Positions 39,020 to 47,849 of a DNA stretch of 64,000 nucleotides are shown in pieces. Below the pieces are notes generated by a model. That model ran no database searches. It had not been told where the DNA came from and worked only from the letters and a program-made list of their open reading frames with translations. Source of the DNA: Polyangiaceae bacterium (GTDB lineage: Bacteria > Myxococcota_A > Polyangia > Polyangiales > Polyangiaceae); NCBI GenBank assembly GCA_044224815.1, contig JBGAJR010000019.1, positions 1-64,000 on the forward strand, in the 5' to 3' direction. Every line of letters begins with the position of its first letter. The first letter of the stretch is position 1. A program made the position numbers and the translations under genes.

Positions 39020-39819
39020 TCGACGAGACCTTCGCCGCCGCCGTTCGACAGGTCAGGCTCGCGCGCGACATCGGGGAGGTGATCGCGGAGTTCGAGCGCG
39101 ACGGCTACGCGCGGCTCGGGGTCTTGGCCGGGGACGCGATCTTGGAACCGCTCCGTCGCCGCGCCGACGACTTGATGGAAGGGCGGGTCGTGCACGAAGG
39201 CCTCTTCTTCCAGCACGACTCCGACACCGGTCGGTACGACGATCTCACGTACGGCGAGGGCTACCAGGGGCCGAGCCTTCGCTACCGCAAGATCGACAAG
39301 CTCGAGAAGGATCCGCTCTTCCTCGCGTGGCTACGCAACCCGGTGTTCGAGTCGATCGCCAAAGCGGTCGTCGGCCCCGACGTGTACCTGCTCCGCGCGA
39401 TGATGATGACCAAGCCCGCGAACGGCGGGACGCCGCTCCCTTGGCATCAAGACGCCGGCCTCTTTTGGGGCGTGACGCGCGACCCGAAGCTCCAGCTCTG
39501 GACCGCGCTCGACGACGCGCCGAACGAGGCTGGTTGCGTGGAGGTCTTTCCGGGAACGCACCACCGCGGCCTCGTCACCAAGACGGGCGGCGTCGTTCCG
39601 GCCGACATCGCCGCGCGCGCGGACGCAGAGTCGCACGTCGTCCGCGTACCTGCGCGTGCCGGCGAGGTCATCCTCATCCACAACTTGATGTGGCACCGCT
39701 CGGGCGTGAACACGACGCCGCAGACTCGCCGCGGCTTTTCGGTTTGTTTCGTCGACGAAGAAACGCGGTGCACCCGCAAACGCAGGGCACCGCGTCAATT
39801 CTTGCGAGTGTTCGACTGA
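39016..39819 (+). CDS. Phytanoyl-CoA dioxygenase (PhyH) family Fe/2OG oxygenase
   Basis: LPWHQD...H.D ligands and a C-terminal WHRSGVN. Its ATG overlaps the AKR stop (ATGA). Confidence 0.7.
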   Translation: MIDETFAAAVRQVRLARDIGEVIAEFERDGYARLGVLAGDAILEPLRRRADDLMEGRVVHEGLFFQHDSDTGRYDDLTYGEGYQGPSLRYRKIDKLEKDPLFLAWLRNPVFESIAKAVVGPDVYLLRAMMMTKPANGGTPLPWHQDAGLFWGVTRDPKLQLWTALDDAPNEAGCVEVFPGTHHRGLVTKTGGVVPADIAARADAESHVVRVPARAGEVILIHNLMWHRSGVNTTPQTRRGFSVCFVDEETRCTRKRRAPRQFLRVFD

Positions 39820-40536
39820 TCAGGGATCGGTGCAGCCGGTGCCGTCGTAGCCGCAGCAGGCGGTCGAGTCGAAGGTGTTGCCCGGCTGGTTGCTCGTGCA
39901 GCACTGGTACATGTTCATGCCGTTCGAGTCGGTCGAGTCGTCCCAGCTGTAGCAGTTGTCGACCTCGACGGTGCCGCAGCCGTTGTTGATGAAGTCCTGG
40001 CAGGCCGGCGTCTCCGCGCCGCCGGGCTCGGCTTCGCAGTACGTGGCGAGGCGATCGCAGTCGTTGGTCGTGGTGCCGTCGTCCGTGAGGAAGTCGGGCA
40101 TCGAGAAGGGGTCGTGACCGCAACCACCGGCGATCTGGTAGCCGATGATCGCGTCCGCGCAGGTGCTCGGGCTCGCCTTGTAGGCAATGCCGACGCAGAG
40201 CGCGCGCTCGATGGTGTCCTGGACCTTGGAGCAGCAGCGCGAGAGCTCGAGGCACGCCGTGTTCGGCTTCTCCGGGGGCTTGATCGAGCCGCCGTCCGGC
40301 TTGTGCGGAGGGCCCGCGTCCGGCTTCGCCGCCGGCTGGACCGGCGGGGTCGTCGTCGTCGCCGGCTGTTCGTAGGGCGTCGCCGTCGTGGCTGGCGCCG
40401 CCGCGGCCGACTTCCCGCAGCCCTTGGCCTTGGGGTTCTCCGCGCACGGGTCGGACGGCTTGTCCGCCGAAGAGCACGCCACGAGGGCCGTCGTCAGACC
40501 GAGGAGGATGGAGATAACGGCGGAGGAGCGCTTCAT
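39820..40536 (-). CDS. Cys-rich lipoprotein (about 24 Cys), hypothetical
   Basis: Lipobox LVACSSA, a Pro/Thr-rich linker and a C-terminal domain dense in Cys, Asp and Gly. Its stop abuts the PhyH stop (tgatca). Confidence 0.65.
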   Translation of the reverse strand: MKRSSAVISILLGLTTALVACSSADKPSDPCAENPKAKGCGKSAAAAPATTATPYEQPATTTTPPVQPAAKPDAGPPHKPDGGSIKPPEKPNTACLELSRCCSKVQDTIERALCVGIAYKASPSTCADAIIGYQIAGGCGHDPFSMPDFLTDDGTTTNDCDRLATYCEAEPGGAETPACQDFINNGCGTVEVDNCYSWDDSTDSNGMNMYQCCTSNQPGNTFDSTACCGYDGTGCTDP

Positions 40537-40767
40537 GGGACCGAGTGTCCTTTCAGGGTTACATCGGTCACCTTCTGCACACCCCATGCCTCATTGGATC
40601 ATGGGCAAATCCTGGGAAATTCCGATTCCGATGGAGTGTTGCGTAGGCGCGTCACCTGGTCCATCGGATCACCACGGTGGCGGCTACAGCCCAAGGGGCT
40701 GAAATCCAAGGAGACTCCTGGACCGGCCTCGTCGCTCGGGTTCCAGACCCGTTTCGGACCTCGGATC

Positions 40768-41994
40768 TCAGCGCAGCGTGGCGTCGGGGCCTGCATCGGC
40801 GCCGTTCGCGGGCGCACCGCCGCCGAGCGCGCTCTCCATAGGCCCGGTCATCGTGAACGCCAGCCCCAGCCCGAGCCCCACGATGACGAGAGCGCTCGCG
40901 ACGAGGCTCCGCGTGAGTCGTGACGGCTGGCGGTTCATCACGGGCGGTGGCGTGGATGCGGCGAAGGCGAGTCGGTGCCCGGTCGTCGGCCCGGGCGGGA
41001 GGCTCGAGACGCTCGAGCCGTCGCCTCGGATGTCTGCCGTGATCGTGCTCGGTGTCGCGAGCCCGAATCGCTTCGCATCTCCCGGCTTCCACACGAAGAC
41101 GTCCACCAACGTCGGCGCTTCGTCGCGCGCGGCGGCGACCGGTACGTGCACGCCGCGCTCGGCCGGCCCGGTCGCCTGCTCCAAGAGGAGCGCGAGCCGA
41201 ACCGCTTGCTGCATGGTGGTCGCGTCGGGCCAGCGCTGCGTGCGATCGAACGCGAGCGCGCGATCGACCACGTCGGCGATCTCGTAGCCCATCGACGGGA
41301 CGACCTCGCCGAGGCGCGGCATCGGATCGGAGGCGGCCATCACGATCTCGGCGCCGGGGGACTTGCCCTGACGCGGCCGCCGACCGCTGAGCAGCGCGAA
41401 GAGGAGCGCGCCGATCGACCACAGGTCGGCTCGGCCATCGACCTCGTCACCGCGCGCTTGCTCGGGCGACATGTACGCGGGCGTACCGAGCGCCTCGCCC
41501 ATCACCTGGGTGTCGCCATTCGATACGCGCGCGATCCCGAAGTCGAGCAGCTTCACTGCGCCCGTGCTGGTGATCATCACGTTCGCCGGCTTGATGTCGC
41601 CGTGCACGACGCCCTGCAAGTGCGCCGCCGCGACGACGTCGAGTAGCGACTCGATGATGCGGAGCGCTTCGCGGAGCGGCATCTGGCGCTTCTTGCGAAG
41701 GAAGTCTTCGAGCGTCGTGCCGGTGAGGAGCTCCATCACGAGGAACGGCGAGCCGTCATCGGCGACGTCGTCGTCGATCATCGCGACGGCGCCCGGGTGC
41801 GCGACGCGGTTGGCGATCTCGCCCTCGCGGAGGAAGCGCTCTCGGATCTCGCGATCGCCTGCCAGGTCGCGGCGCAGGATCTTGAGGGCGCCGCGGCTCC
41901 CGTTGCGATGCGTCGCTGCGTACACGGCCGCGCTCCCGCCGACGCCGAGCAAGGCGTCGAGGTGCCACTTGCCGCGGACCACGCGACCCACCAT
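40768..41994 (-). CDS. Ser/Thr protein kinase, non-RD type (HGD catalytic loop), with a C-terminal TM segment
   Basis: GVGGSAAVY, ALKIL, HGDIKPANV, DFGIAR and SPEQ. The TM helix is LVASALVIVGLGLGLAF. Confidence 0.8.
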   Translation of the reverse strand: MVGRVVRGKWHLDALLGVGGSAAVYAATHRNGSRGALKILRRDLAGDREIRERFLREGEIANRVAHPGAVAMIDDDVADDGSPFLVMELLTGTTLEDFLRKKRQMPLREALRIIESLLDVVAAAHLQGVVHGDIKPANVMITSTGAVKLLDFGIARVSNGDTQVMGEALGTPAYMSPEQARGDEVDGRADLWSIGALLFALLSGRRPRQGKSPGAEIVMAASDPMPRLGEVVPSMGYEIADVVDRALAFDRTQRWPDATTMQQAVRLALLLEQATGPAERGVHVPVAAARDEAPTLVDVFVWKPGDAKRFGLATPSTITADIRGDGSSVSSLPPGPTTGHRLAFAASTPPPVMNRQPSRLTRSLVASALVIVGLGLGLAFTMTGPMESALGGGAPANGADAGPDATLR

Positions 41995-42278
41995 CGCTTT
42001 GGCTGCTTTGACGACCGATTGAGACGGCACGCGCTTCCCCCGCGCGATGAACGCAAGCGGAGTGCCGCGCGGCCCATTTCGGTGTCGAAGCAATGTTTCA
42101 GCGCGGGAGGCCGCGACTTCCAAGGCCCCGCAAATCGTACGTCGCCACGCGCCGCGGTGACGAGGTGCGATGTCACCCCCGCGCGATCCACGGGGGCGAC
42201 GCCGATCCATTGGGGGCGACGTGCGCGCCGACGCACACCGTCGCTGACGTCGGAGCCGTCCGACTCTCCGACGGCTCT

Positions 42279-43151
42279 TCAGACCTTCTCGACGCGCGCG
42301 CTGCCGAGGAGCCCGGCTGGCCGGACGAGCAGGACCGCGATCAAGACGACGAACACGAGCACGTCGACGCCGCCCGAGTAGTCCGTGAGCTTCACGAGCT
42401 CACCGAGGACGCCGAGCAAGAGGCCGCCGAGCATGGCGCCCGTGATGCTGCCGATGCCGCCGAGCACGGCGGCGACGAAGGCGCGCGTGCCGATCACCAT
42501 GCCCATCGTCGGGTAGGCCTGCGATTGATCGAGGCAGAAGAGCACGGCGCCGAGCGCGGCGAGGCTCGAGCCGAGCGCGAAGGTCATCGCGATCACGCGT
42601 CCGGTGCGCACGCCCATGAGGCGGGCGGCCTCTTCGTGCGTGGAGAGCGCGCGCATCGCCTTGCCGAACCACGTGGTCTTCACGATCACTTCGAGGACCA
42701 CCATGACGACGACCGCAGTGACGACGATGGCGATGCGGGTCTTCTCGAACGGATGCGGATACGAGCGGTAGCGCGGCGAGAAGAGGAGCTGCGCGAGGTT
42801 CTGGAGGAGCACCGACATGCCGAGCGCCGTCACGAGCGGCGTCACGCGCACGAGCGGGCTCTTGCCACGACCGCGAAGCGGACGGTACGCGACGCGTTCG
42901 ACGGCGACGCCGAGCGCCGAGCACGCGAGCATGGCGATCACCGTACCGGCGGCCGTCGCCAAGATCGGGTTCGCCTCGCCGCCGAGCGCCATGATGGCGA
43001 AGAGCCCGACGTACGCGCCCATCATGAAGATCTCGCTGTGCGCGAAGTTGATGAGCTTCAAGACGCCGTAGACCATCGTGTAACCGAGGGCCACGAGCGC
43101 GATCATCGCGCCTTGCGCGAGACCGGTGACGAGCGCGTCGACGAGCTTCAT
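42279..43151 (-). CDS. livH: Branched-chain amino acid ABC transporter permease
   Basis: Typical LivH start MKLVDALVTGLAQGAMIALVALGYTMVYG and 8 TM segments. Confidence 0.8.
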   Translation of the reverse strand: MKLVDALVTGLAQGAMIALVALGYTMVYGVLKLINFAHSEIFMMGAYVGLFAIMALGGEANPILATAAGTVIAMLACSALGVAVERVAYRPLRGRGKSPLVRVTPLVTALGMSVLLQNLAQLLFSPRYRSYPHPFEKTRIAIVVTAVVVMVVLEVIVKTTWFGKAMRALSTHEEAARLMGVRTGRVIAMTFALGSSLAALGAVLFCLDQSQAYPTMGMVIGTRAFVAAVLGGIGSITGAMLGGLLLGVLGELVKLTDYSGGVDVLVFVVLIAVLLVRPAGLLGSARVEKV

Positions 43152-43176
43152 GCGATGGGCGCGGTCCGGGCGCCGA

Positions 43177-44328
43177 CTACTGGGCGTTCACCTGGGTGGA
43201 GTAGGTGAACTTCTTGCCCTTGATCTGCACGACCACGATGGGCTTGGTCGCGTTGTGGTTGGGGTCGATCGTGAGCGAGCCCGTCGCGCCCTGGAAGCCC
43301 TTGGTCTGGGCGATCGCGTTCTTGATGTTCTCGCTGGTCGGCTCCGCCGAGCGGTTGATGGCGTCGGCGAGGAGCTTGGCCGAGTCGTAGCCCTGCGCGG
43401 CCATGCTCGTGGGCTCGACCTTGTAGTCTGCACGGAACGCCTTGAGGAACGCCTGGGAGTTCTCCCAGGGCACGTCCGGCGCGTAGTGGTTCGTGAAGTA
43501 CGCGCCCTCGAGCTCGGCGCCCGCGCCCTCGAGGAGCTCGTTCGCGTCCCAGCCGTCGCCGCCCACGAACATCGTGCCGGGCAGCCCCGCGGCCTTGGCC
43601 TGGCGGGCGATCTGCACCATGTCGTTGTAGTAGACCGGCGCGAAGATCACGTCGGGGTTCGCGGCCTTCACGGTCTCGAGGTACGTCGTGAAGTTGGTCT
43701 CTCGGGCCTGGTAGCCCTTCTCGACCGCGATCTTGCCGCCGAGCTTGGTGAAGCTCTGCTTGAAGCTCATGGCGAGGCCGGACGAGTAGTTGTCTTGCGC
43801 CACGTAGAGGAGCGCGGCGTTCGTCTTCTTGAGCGTGCCCTGCACGAAGCGCGCGGCGACGTCGCCCTGCTGATCGTCGGTGAAGCAGACGCGGAAGACG
43901 TATTCCTTGTCCTTGGTCACCTCGACGGCGGTCGACGACGGCGTGATGAGCGGCACCTTGCTGCGGTTCGCCACGAGGGCACCCGGGAGCGTGCGGCTCG
44001 AGGCGACCTCGCCGAGGATGGCGACGGCCTTGTCGCGATCGATGAGCTGCTGGACCTTGTTGGTCGCCTCCATCGGCGTCGACTTGTCGTCCTCGTAAAG
44101 GACCTTGAGCTTCTTCCCCTTCACGCCGCCGGCCGCGTTGATCTCTTTGACCGCGAGGGCGATGCCCTTCTGCGTGTCGATGCCGAACGCCGAGTCGGCG
44201 CCGGAGAGAGACAAGAACGCCCCCACCACGATTTCGTCGTTCTTCGCCTTGTTGCAGCCGAGGCTCGTCAGGCTCGCGGACGCGACGAGGGCCATGGCCG
44301 CCGCACGGCGGGAGATCACAAAACTCAT
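43177..44328 (-). CDS. Branched-chain amino acid ABC transporter substrate-binding lipoprotein (LivK/LivJ family)
   Basis: Lipobox LTSLGCN. Type-I periplasmic binding fold (VVGAFLSLSGADSAFG). Confidence 0.8.
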   Translation of the reverse strand: MSFVISRRAAAMALVASASLTSLGCNKAKNDEIVVGAFLSLSGADSAFGIDTQKGIALAVKEINAAGGVKGKKLKVLYEDDKSTPMEATNKVQQLIDRDKAVAILGEVASSRTLPGALVANRSKVPLITPSSTAVEVTKDKEYVFRVCFTDDQQGDVAARFVQGTLKKTNAALLYVAQDNYSSGLAMSFKQSFTKLGGKIAVEKGYQARETNFTTYLETVKAANPDVIFAPVYYNDMVQIARQAKAAGLPGTMFVGGDGWDANELLEGAGAELEGAYFTNHYAPDVPWENSQAFLKAFRADYKVEPTSMAAQGYDSAKLLADAINRSAEPTSENIKNAIAQTKGFQGATGSLTIDPNHNATKPIVVVQIKGKKFTYSTQVNAQ

Positions 44329-44453
44329 GGCTGGCCCCTTACCACGTGCCCCAAAGCGAGCCCAGCCTCGCCGAAGCGCCAGCATTTCGAGGGGTTTCCC
44401 CAGCGGAAATCGGACGCGGCGCGCCTCACCGATCCGTGGGGCCCGGTCCGGGG

Positions 44454-45356
44454 TCAGGACGCGAGCGACTCTTTCACGAGCCGCCGCAGCCATGCCTTGG
44501 CCGGGTCGGCGTGGGTGACCGCGTGCCATACCATCTGGAGCTTCAAGCGGGGCGGCGGGCAAGGGTGCTCGAGGACGGTGACCGGGAACGTCTCGCGATA
44601 CCGCTCCAGCAGCCGGCGCGGCGCCGTGAGGAGGAGGTCGGTGTCGGCGAGCAGCCACGCCATGCCCGTGAAGCTGTACGAGCCGTAAACGATGCGCCGC
44701 GACGCCGCGGGGCCGCGCGCGTCGCTCGGCTTGAGGTCGCCGCGAAGGCTGAGGAGCGCGTGGTCGGCCTCGAGGAAGCGGCGCACGGTCAGCGGCCTCC
44801 GCGCGAGCGGATGGTTCTTGCGGCACCCCACCGCGAACTCGTCGTCGAAGAGCGACGTGCGGAAGAAGCCTTCCGGGAGATCGCGGTAGAAGCCCGCGCA
44901 CGCGACGTCCACCGCCCCCGACTGGAGCGTCGCGCTCGGAAGCTCGCCGCCGCTCGGCTGGAGCGACACCTGGACGAGCGGCGCCTCTCTCCGGAGGCGC
45001 GGGAGGAGCCGTGGCATGAGGAGGATCTCCACGAAGTCGGTGGCGGCGATCGTGAAGCGCGTCCGTGCCTTCACGGGATCGAAGGCCGCGCGGTGCGTCT
45101 CGAGGGCGCGGGCCTTGGCGGCGAGCTCCTCGATGGCGGGCCGGAGCGACTTCGCCGTGGCGGTCGGCGCGACGCCCTTGGCCACACGGACGAAGAGCGG
45201 ATCGTCGAACTGAACACGCAGCTTGGCGAGCGCGTGGCTCACCGCGGACTGCGTGACCTCGAGCTCACGCGCCGCCCGCGACACGCTCAGGTGGCGGTAG
45301 AGCGCTTCGGCGACGAAGACGAGGTTGAGGTCGAGCTTGGGCCGCACGCTCCGCAT
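44454..45356 (-). CDS. LysR family transcriptional regulator
   Basis: N-terminal wHTH (LSVSRAARELEVTQSAVSHALAKLR) and a LysR substrate-binding domain. Confidence 0.85.
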   Translation of the reverse strand: MRSVRPKLDLNLVFVAEALYRHLSVSRAARELEVTQSAVSHALAKLRVQFDDPLFVRVAKGVAPTATAKSLRPAIEELAAKARALETHRAAFDPVKARTRFTIAATDFVEILLMPRLLPRLRREAPLVQVSLQPSGGELPSATLQSGAVDVACAGFYRDLPEGFFRTSLFDDEFAVGCRKNHPLARRPLTVRRFLEADHALLSLRGDLKPSDARGPAASRRIVYGSYSFTGMAWLLADTDLLLTAPRRLLERYRETFPVTVLEHPCPPPRLKLQMVWHAVTHADPAKAWLRRLVKESLAS

Positions 45357-45366
45357 TATGAACGAT

Positions 45367-45394
45367 GGTCATGATGATTGTGAATGTCATGACC
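45367..45394. promoter_or_regulatory. Operator-like dyad: two palindromic TCATGA hexamers with 19-bp centre spacing in the LysR/DJ-1 divergent intergenic region
   Basis: gGTCATGAtgattgtgaatgTCATGAcc sits in a locally AT-richer stretch (T-N11-A-like). Confidence 0.4.
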
Positions 45395-45542
45395 GTTGAT
45401 GAATCACCGCGCCGGCGCACAATGGTCCGCATGAAACAGCGCTCCCTCGGGTGGGTGATCGCCGGATGCGTGGCGTCGGTGTTCGCGTGCGCGGCCGCCC
45501 CGCCCAGGCCGGCCGAACCCCCCGGAGCGCGTGGAGGCAAAG

Positions 45543-46247
45543 ATGGAAAAGGCGGTCCTCATCGTCGTCACGAGCAACGATCGGCTCGGCGATACCGGCA
45601 AGAAGACGGGCTACTACCTCTCGGAGGTCACGCACGTGGTGTGGCCGCTCACCGCCGCGGGCTATCGGGTCGACTTCGCCAGCCCGCGGGGCGGCGCGGC
45701 CCCGATGGACGAGAGCAGCCTCAAGCTCGACGACCCCGACAACGCGCGCTTCGTCGACGACCCGGTGCTGATGCAGCGCATGCGCGAAACGCTTCTTCTG
45801 GCCAGCGTCGATCCGAGCCGCTACGTCGGCGTGCACTTCGCCGGAGGTCACGGCGTGATGTGGGATCTCCCGTCCAATCCGGAGGTCGCGCGCGTGGCCG
45901 CCGGGATCTACGAGGCCGGCGGCGTGGTGGCCGCCGTGTGCCATGGTCCGGCCGCGCTCGTGGACGTGAAGCTATCGAGCGGCGCGTGGCTCGTCGCGGG
46001 GCACGACGTGGCCGGATTCACGAACGCCGAAGAAGAAGCGGTGGGCCTCACCAAGGTCGTCCCGTTTCTCATCGAGACGCGAATGACCGAGCGCGGCGCG
46101 CGCTTTCACCCCGCGCCCAATTGGCAGAGTCAGGCCGTGGTGTCCGATCGGCTCGTCACCGGGCAGAACCCGGCGTCCGCGCACGCGGTCGGTGCGCGGC
46201 TGGTCGAGACGCTCCGCGCCGTTGGCGTCAAGAGAAGTATGCGTTGA
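45543..46247 (+). CDS. DJ-1/PfpI family protein (class I glutamine amidotransferase-like)
   Basis: MEKAVLIVVTSND N-terminus and a nucleophile-elbow AAVCHGP. Confidence 0.75.
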   Translation: MEKAVLIVVTSNDRLGDTGKKTGYYLSEVTHVVWPLTAAGYRVDFASPRGGAAPMDESSLKLDDPDNARFVDDPVLMQRMRETLLLASVDPSRYVGVHFAGGHGVMWDLPSNPEVARVAAGIYEAGGVVAAVCHGPAALVDVKLSSGAWLVAGHDVAGFTNAEEEAVGLTKVVPFLIETRMTERGARFHPAPNWQSQAVVSDRLVTGQNPASAHAVGARLVETLRAVGVKRSMR

Positions 46248-46452
46248 GAGCCCCGCCCGTCACTTCCGCGAGCTCCTCCGCTGCCAACTCGCAGCCAGTG
46301 AAAGGCCTCAAGAACCAGCTGAGAGCGCCTCCCGAAACGCGTTCGAGATCTGCCGTCACGAGCTCGGCAGGGTCGCGTCGTTCATCAGCGCTCGGCTTCG
46401 CGTCGTCGTCGCGTTTGGTCATCGCCGGATCGTGTCGGGTCGTGTTGGTCAT
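46228..46452 (-). CDS. Candidate small peptide (74 aa) with two double-glycine leader-like motifs
   Basis: AELVTADLERVSGG and ELAAEELAEVTGG both fit the L(-12), E/D(-8), L(-7), V(-4), GG consensus. GC3 is lower (~65%) and the 3' end overlaps DJ-1 by 20 nt. Confidence 0.3.
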   Translation of the reverse strand: MTNTTRHDPAMTKRDDDAKPSADERRDPAELVTADLERVSGGALSWFLRPFTGCELAAEELAEVTGGALNAYFS

Positions 46453-46679
46453 CGAGGCCTCCGACAGCCGAGTGCAGGATGCGCGCCATTCGCCGCCTCG
46501 CCGAAGCCCCGGGGATTGCGACGGCTCTGGGAGACGTTGGGGGCAACGCTTCGCACGACCGTGAGAGTCGTCGCCGTGTCGCGCGCCGAGAAGTGCGTCG
46601 ATCGCCTCGTTGGCTGGCGTAGTCGGTCACCCGCGACCGCATGCTGACGAAGCAGGCGGAGCGACGTACCCTGCGCCCC

Positions 46680-47810
46680 ATGCTCCTTCGAACGTCGCTC
46701 CATCTCTTCGTCAGAATCCTGCCTTTCGCCTGCGGCGCGGTGGCCCTCGCGGGCGCGTGCACGGATGACGACGCGAGCCCGTCGCCGGCGGCGGTCGATG
46801 CTGGAGGGTTCGACGTGACGTCTCCTGGTCTCGACGCCGCGCAGGCAGACGCCACGCCTGCCGACGTCGTCGTCGTGGACGCTCCGAGCGACTCCTCGTC
46901 CGACGTTTCGAGCTCGGTCGATGCAGGCGACGGGGCTGTCGATGGCGATGCCGACGCGGGGCCCGATCGAAGGATCGTCTTCGTGTACGCCAACGACATT
47001 TGGGTGATGGACGCAGACGGCTCGAATCGCGTGAACCTCACGAGCTCGCCGAGCGTCAACGACGTCGCGCCGGCGTGGTCACCGGATCACAAGAAGATCG
47101 CCTTCCAGAGCGATATGGACGACGGAAGCGGCGAAATCTACGTGATGGACGATACGGGCGGGAACGTCGTGCGCCTCACCGTCGATGTCGGCGAAGCCGA
47201 CGTCGCCCCCGCCTGGTCGCCCGACGGCACGAAGGTCGCGTTCGAGAGTCGTCGCGATCACACTGTCTCGTCGATCTACGTCATGGACGCTGCGAACGGC
47301 GCCAACGTGATTCGCGTGACCAACGCCACGCCGGCCAGCGATCAGAGCCCGTCATGGTCGGCAGGCAACAAGATCGCCTTCTTCACCAACGAAGGATCGA
47401 TCGGCCTTCACATCGCCGTCGTGGATCTCGACCTCGGCGCGGCCCCGGACGGAGGCGCGGACGGCGGCGCCGCATGGGGAACGAACCGCAACGGGTTCGT
47501 CGGCGATCCGGCGTTCGGCCTCTACGCTTCGTGGTCGCCGGACGGCACGAAGATCGCGTTCGGAGGCGACGCGCCCGGCGTGCGGCAGGTCTACGTGATG
47601 AACGCGAACGGCTCGAGCCAGACGCGGCTCAGCACGAGCGGGCTCGCGGAAGACTGGCCGCGCTGGTCGCCCGACGGCACCGAGCTCGTCTTCCAGCGAA
47701 ATGTCGGCGGCCGAACGCAGCTCTTCAAGATGCCCGCGGGCGGCGGCGCGGCCGTCCAGATCACCGACTCGGACGCAGGCTCCGGAAGCTCGGGCGCGTC
47801 TTGGCATTGA
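46680..47810 (+). CDS. TolB-like beta-propeller lipoprotein
   Basis: Lipobox LAGACT. Five or more PAWSPDG.KIAF blade repeats. Confidence 0.75.
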   Translation: MLLRTSLHLFVRILPFACGAVALAGACTDDDASPSPAAVDAGGFDVTSPGLDAAQADATPADVVVVDAPSDSSSDVSSSVDAGDGAVDGDADAGPDRRIVFVYANDIWVMDADGSNRVNLTSSPSVNDVAPAWSPDHKKIAFQSDMDDGSGEIYVMDDTGGNVVRLTVDVGEADVAPAWSPDGTKVAFESRRDHTVSSIYVMDAANGANVIRVTNATPASDQSPSWSAGNKIAFFTNEGSIGLHIAVVDLDLGAAPDGGADGGAAWGTNRNGFVGDPAFGLYASWSPDGTKIAFGGDAPGVRQVYVMNANGSSQTRLSTSGLAEDWPRWSPDGTELVFQRNVGGRTQLFKMPAGGGAAVQITDSDAGSGSSGASWH

Positions 47811-47849
47811 CGGGGAATCACGCGCGCGGGGCGACCGGGCGCGATGTCC

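Noticed and set aside
40586-40702. 39-codon ORF MPHWIMGKSWEIPIPMECCVGAS... in the low-GC intergenic region
   Set aside because: GC3 is about 55%, against more than 85% in the real genes. It is probably promoter or UTR sequence.
45365-46564. 399-aa ORF spanning the whole DJ-1 gene in another frame
   Set aside because: It overlaps a DJ-1 gene with clear homology. Only its first ~30 codons (the lipoprotein signal) are plausible, and those are discussed as a frameshift candidate.
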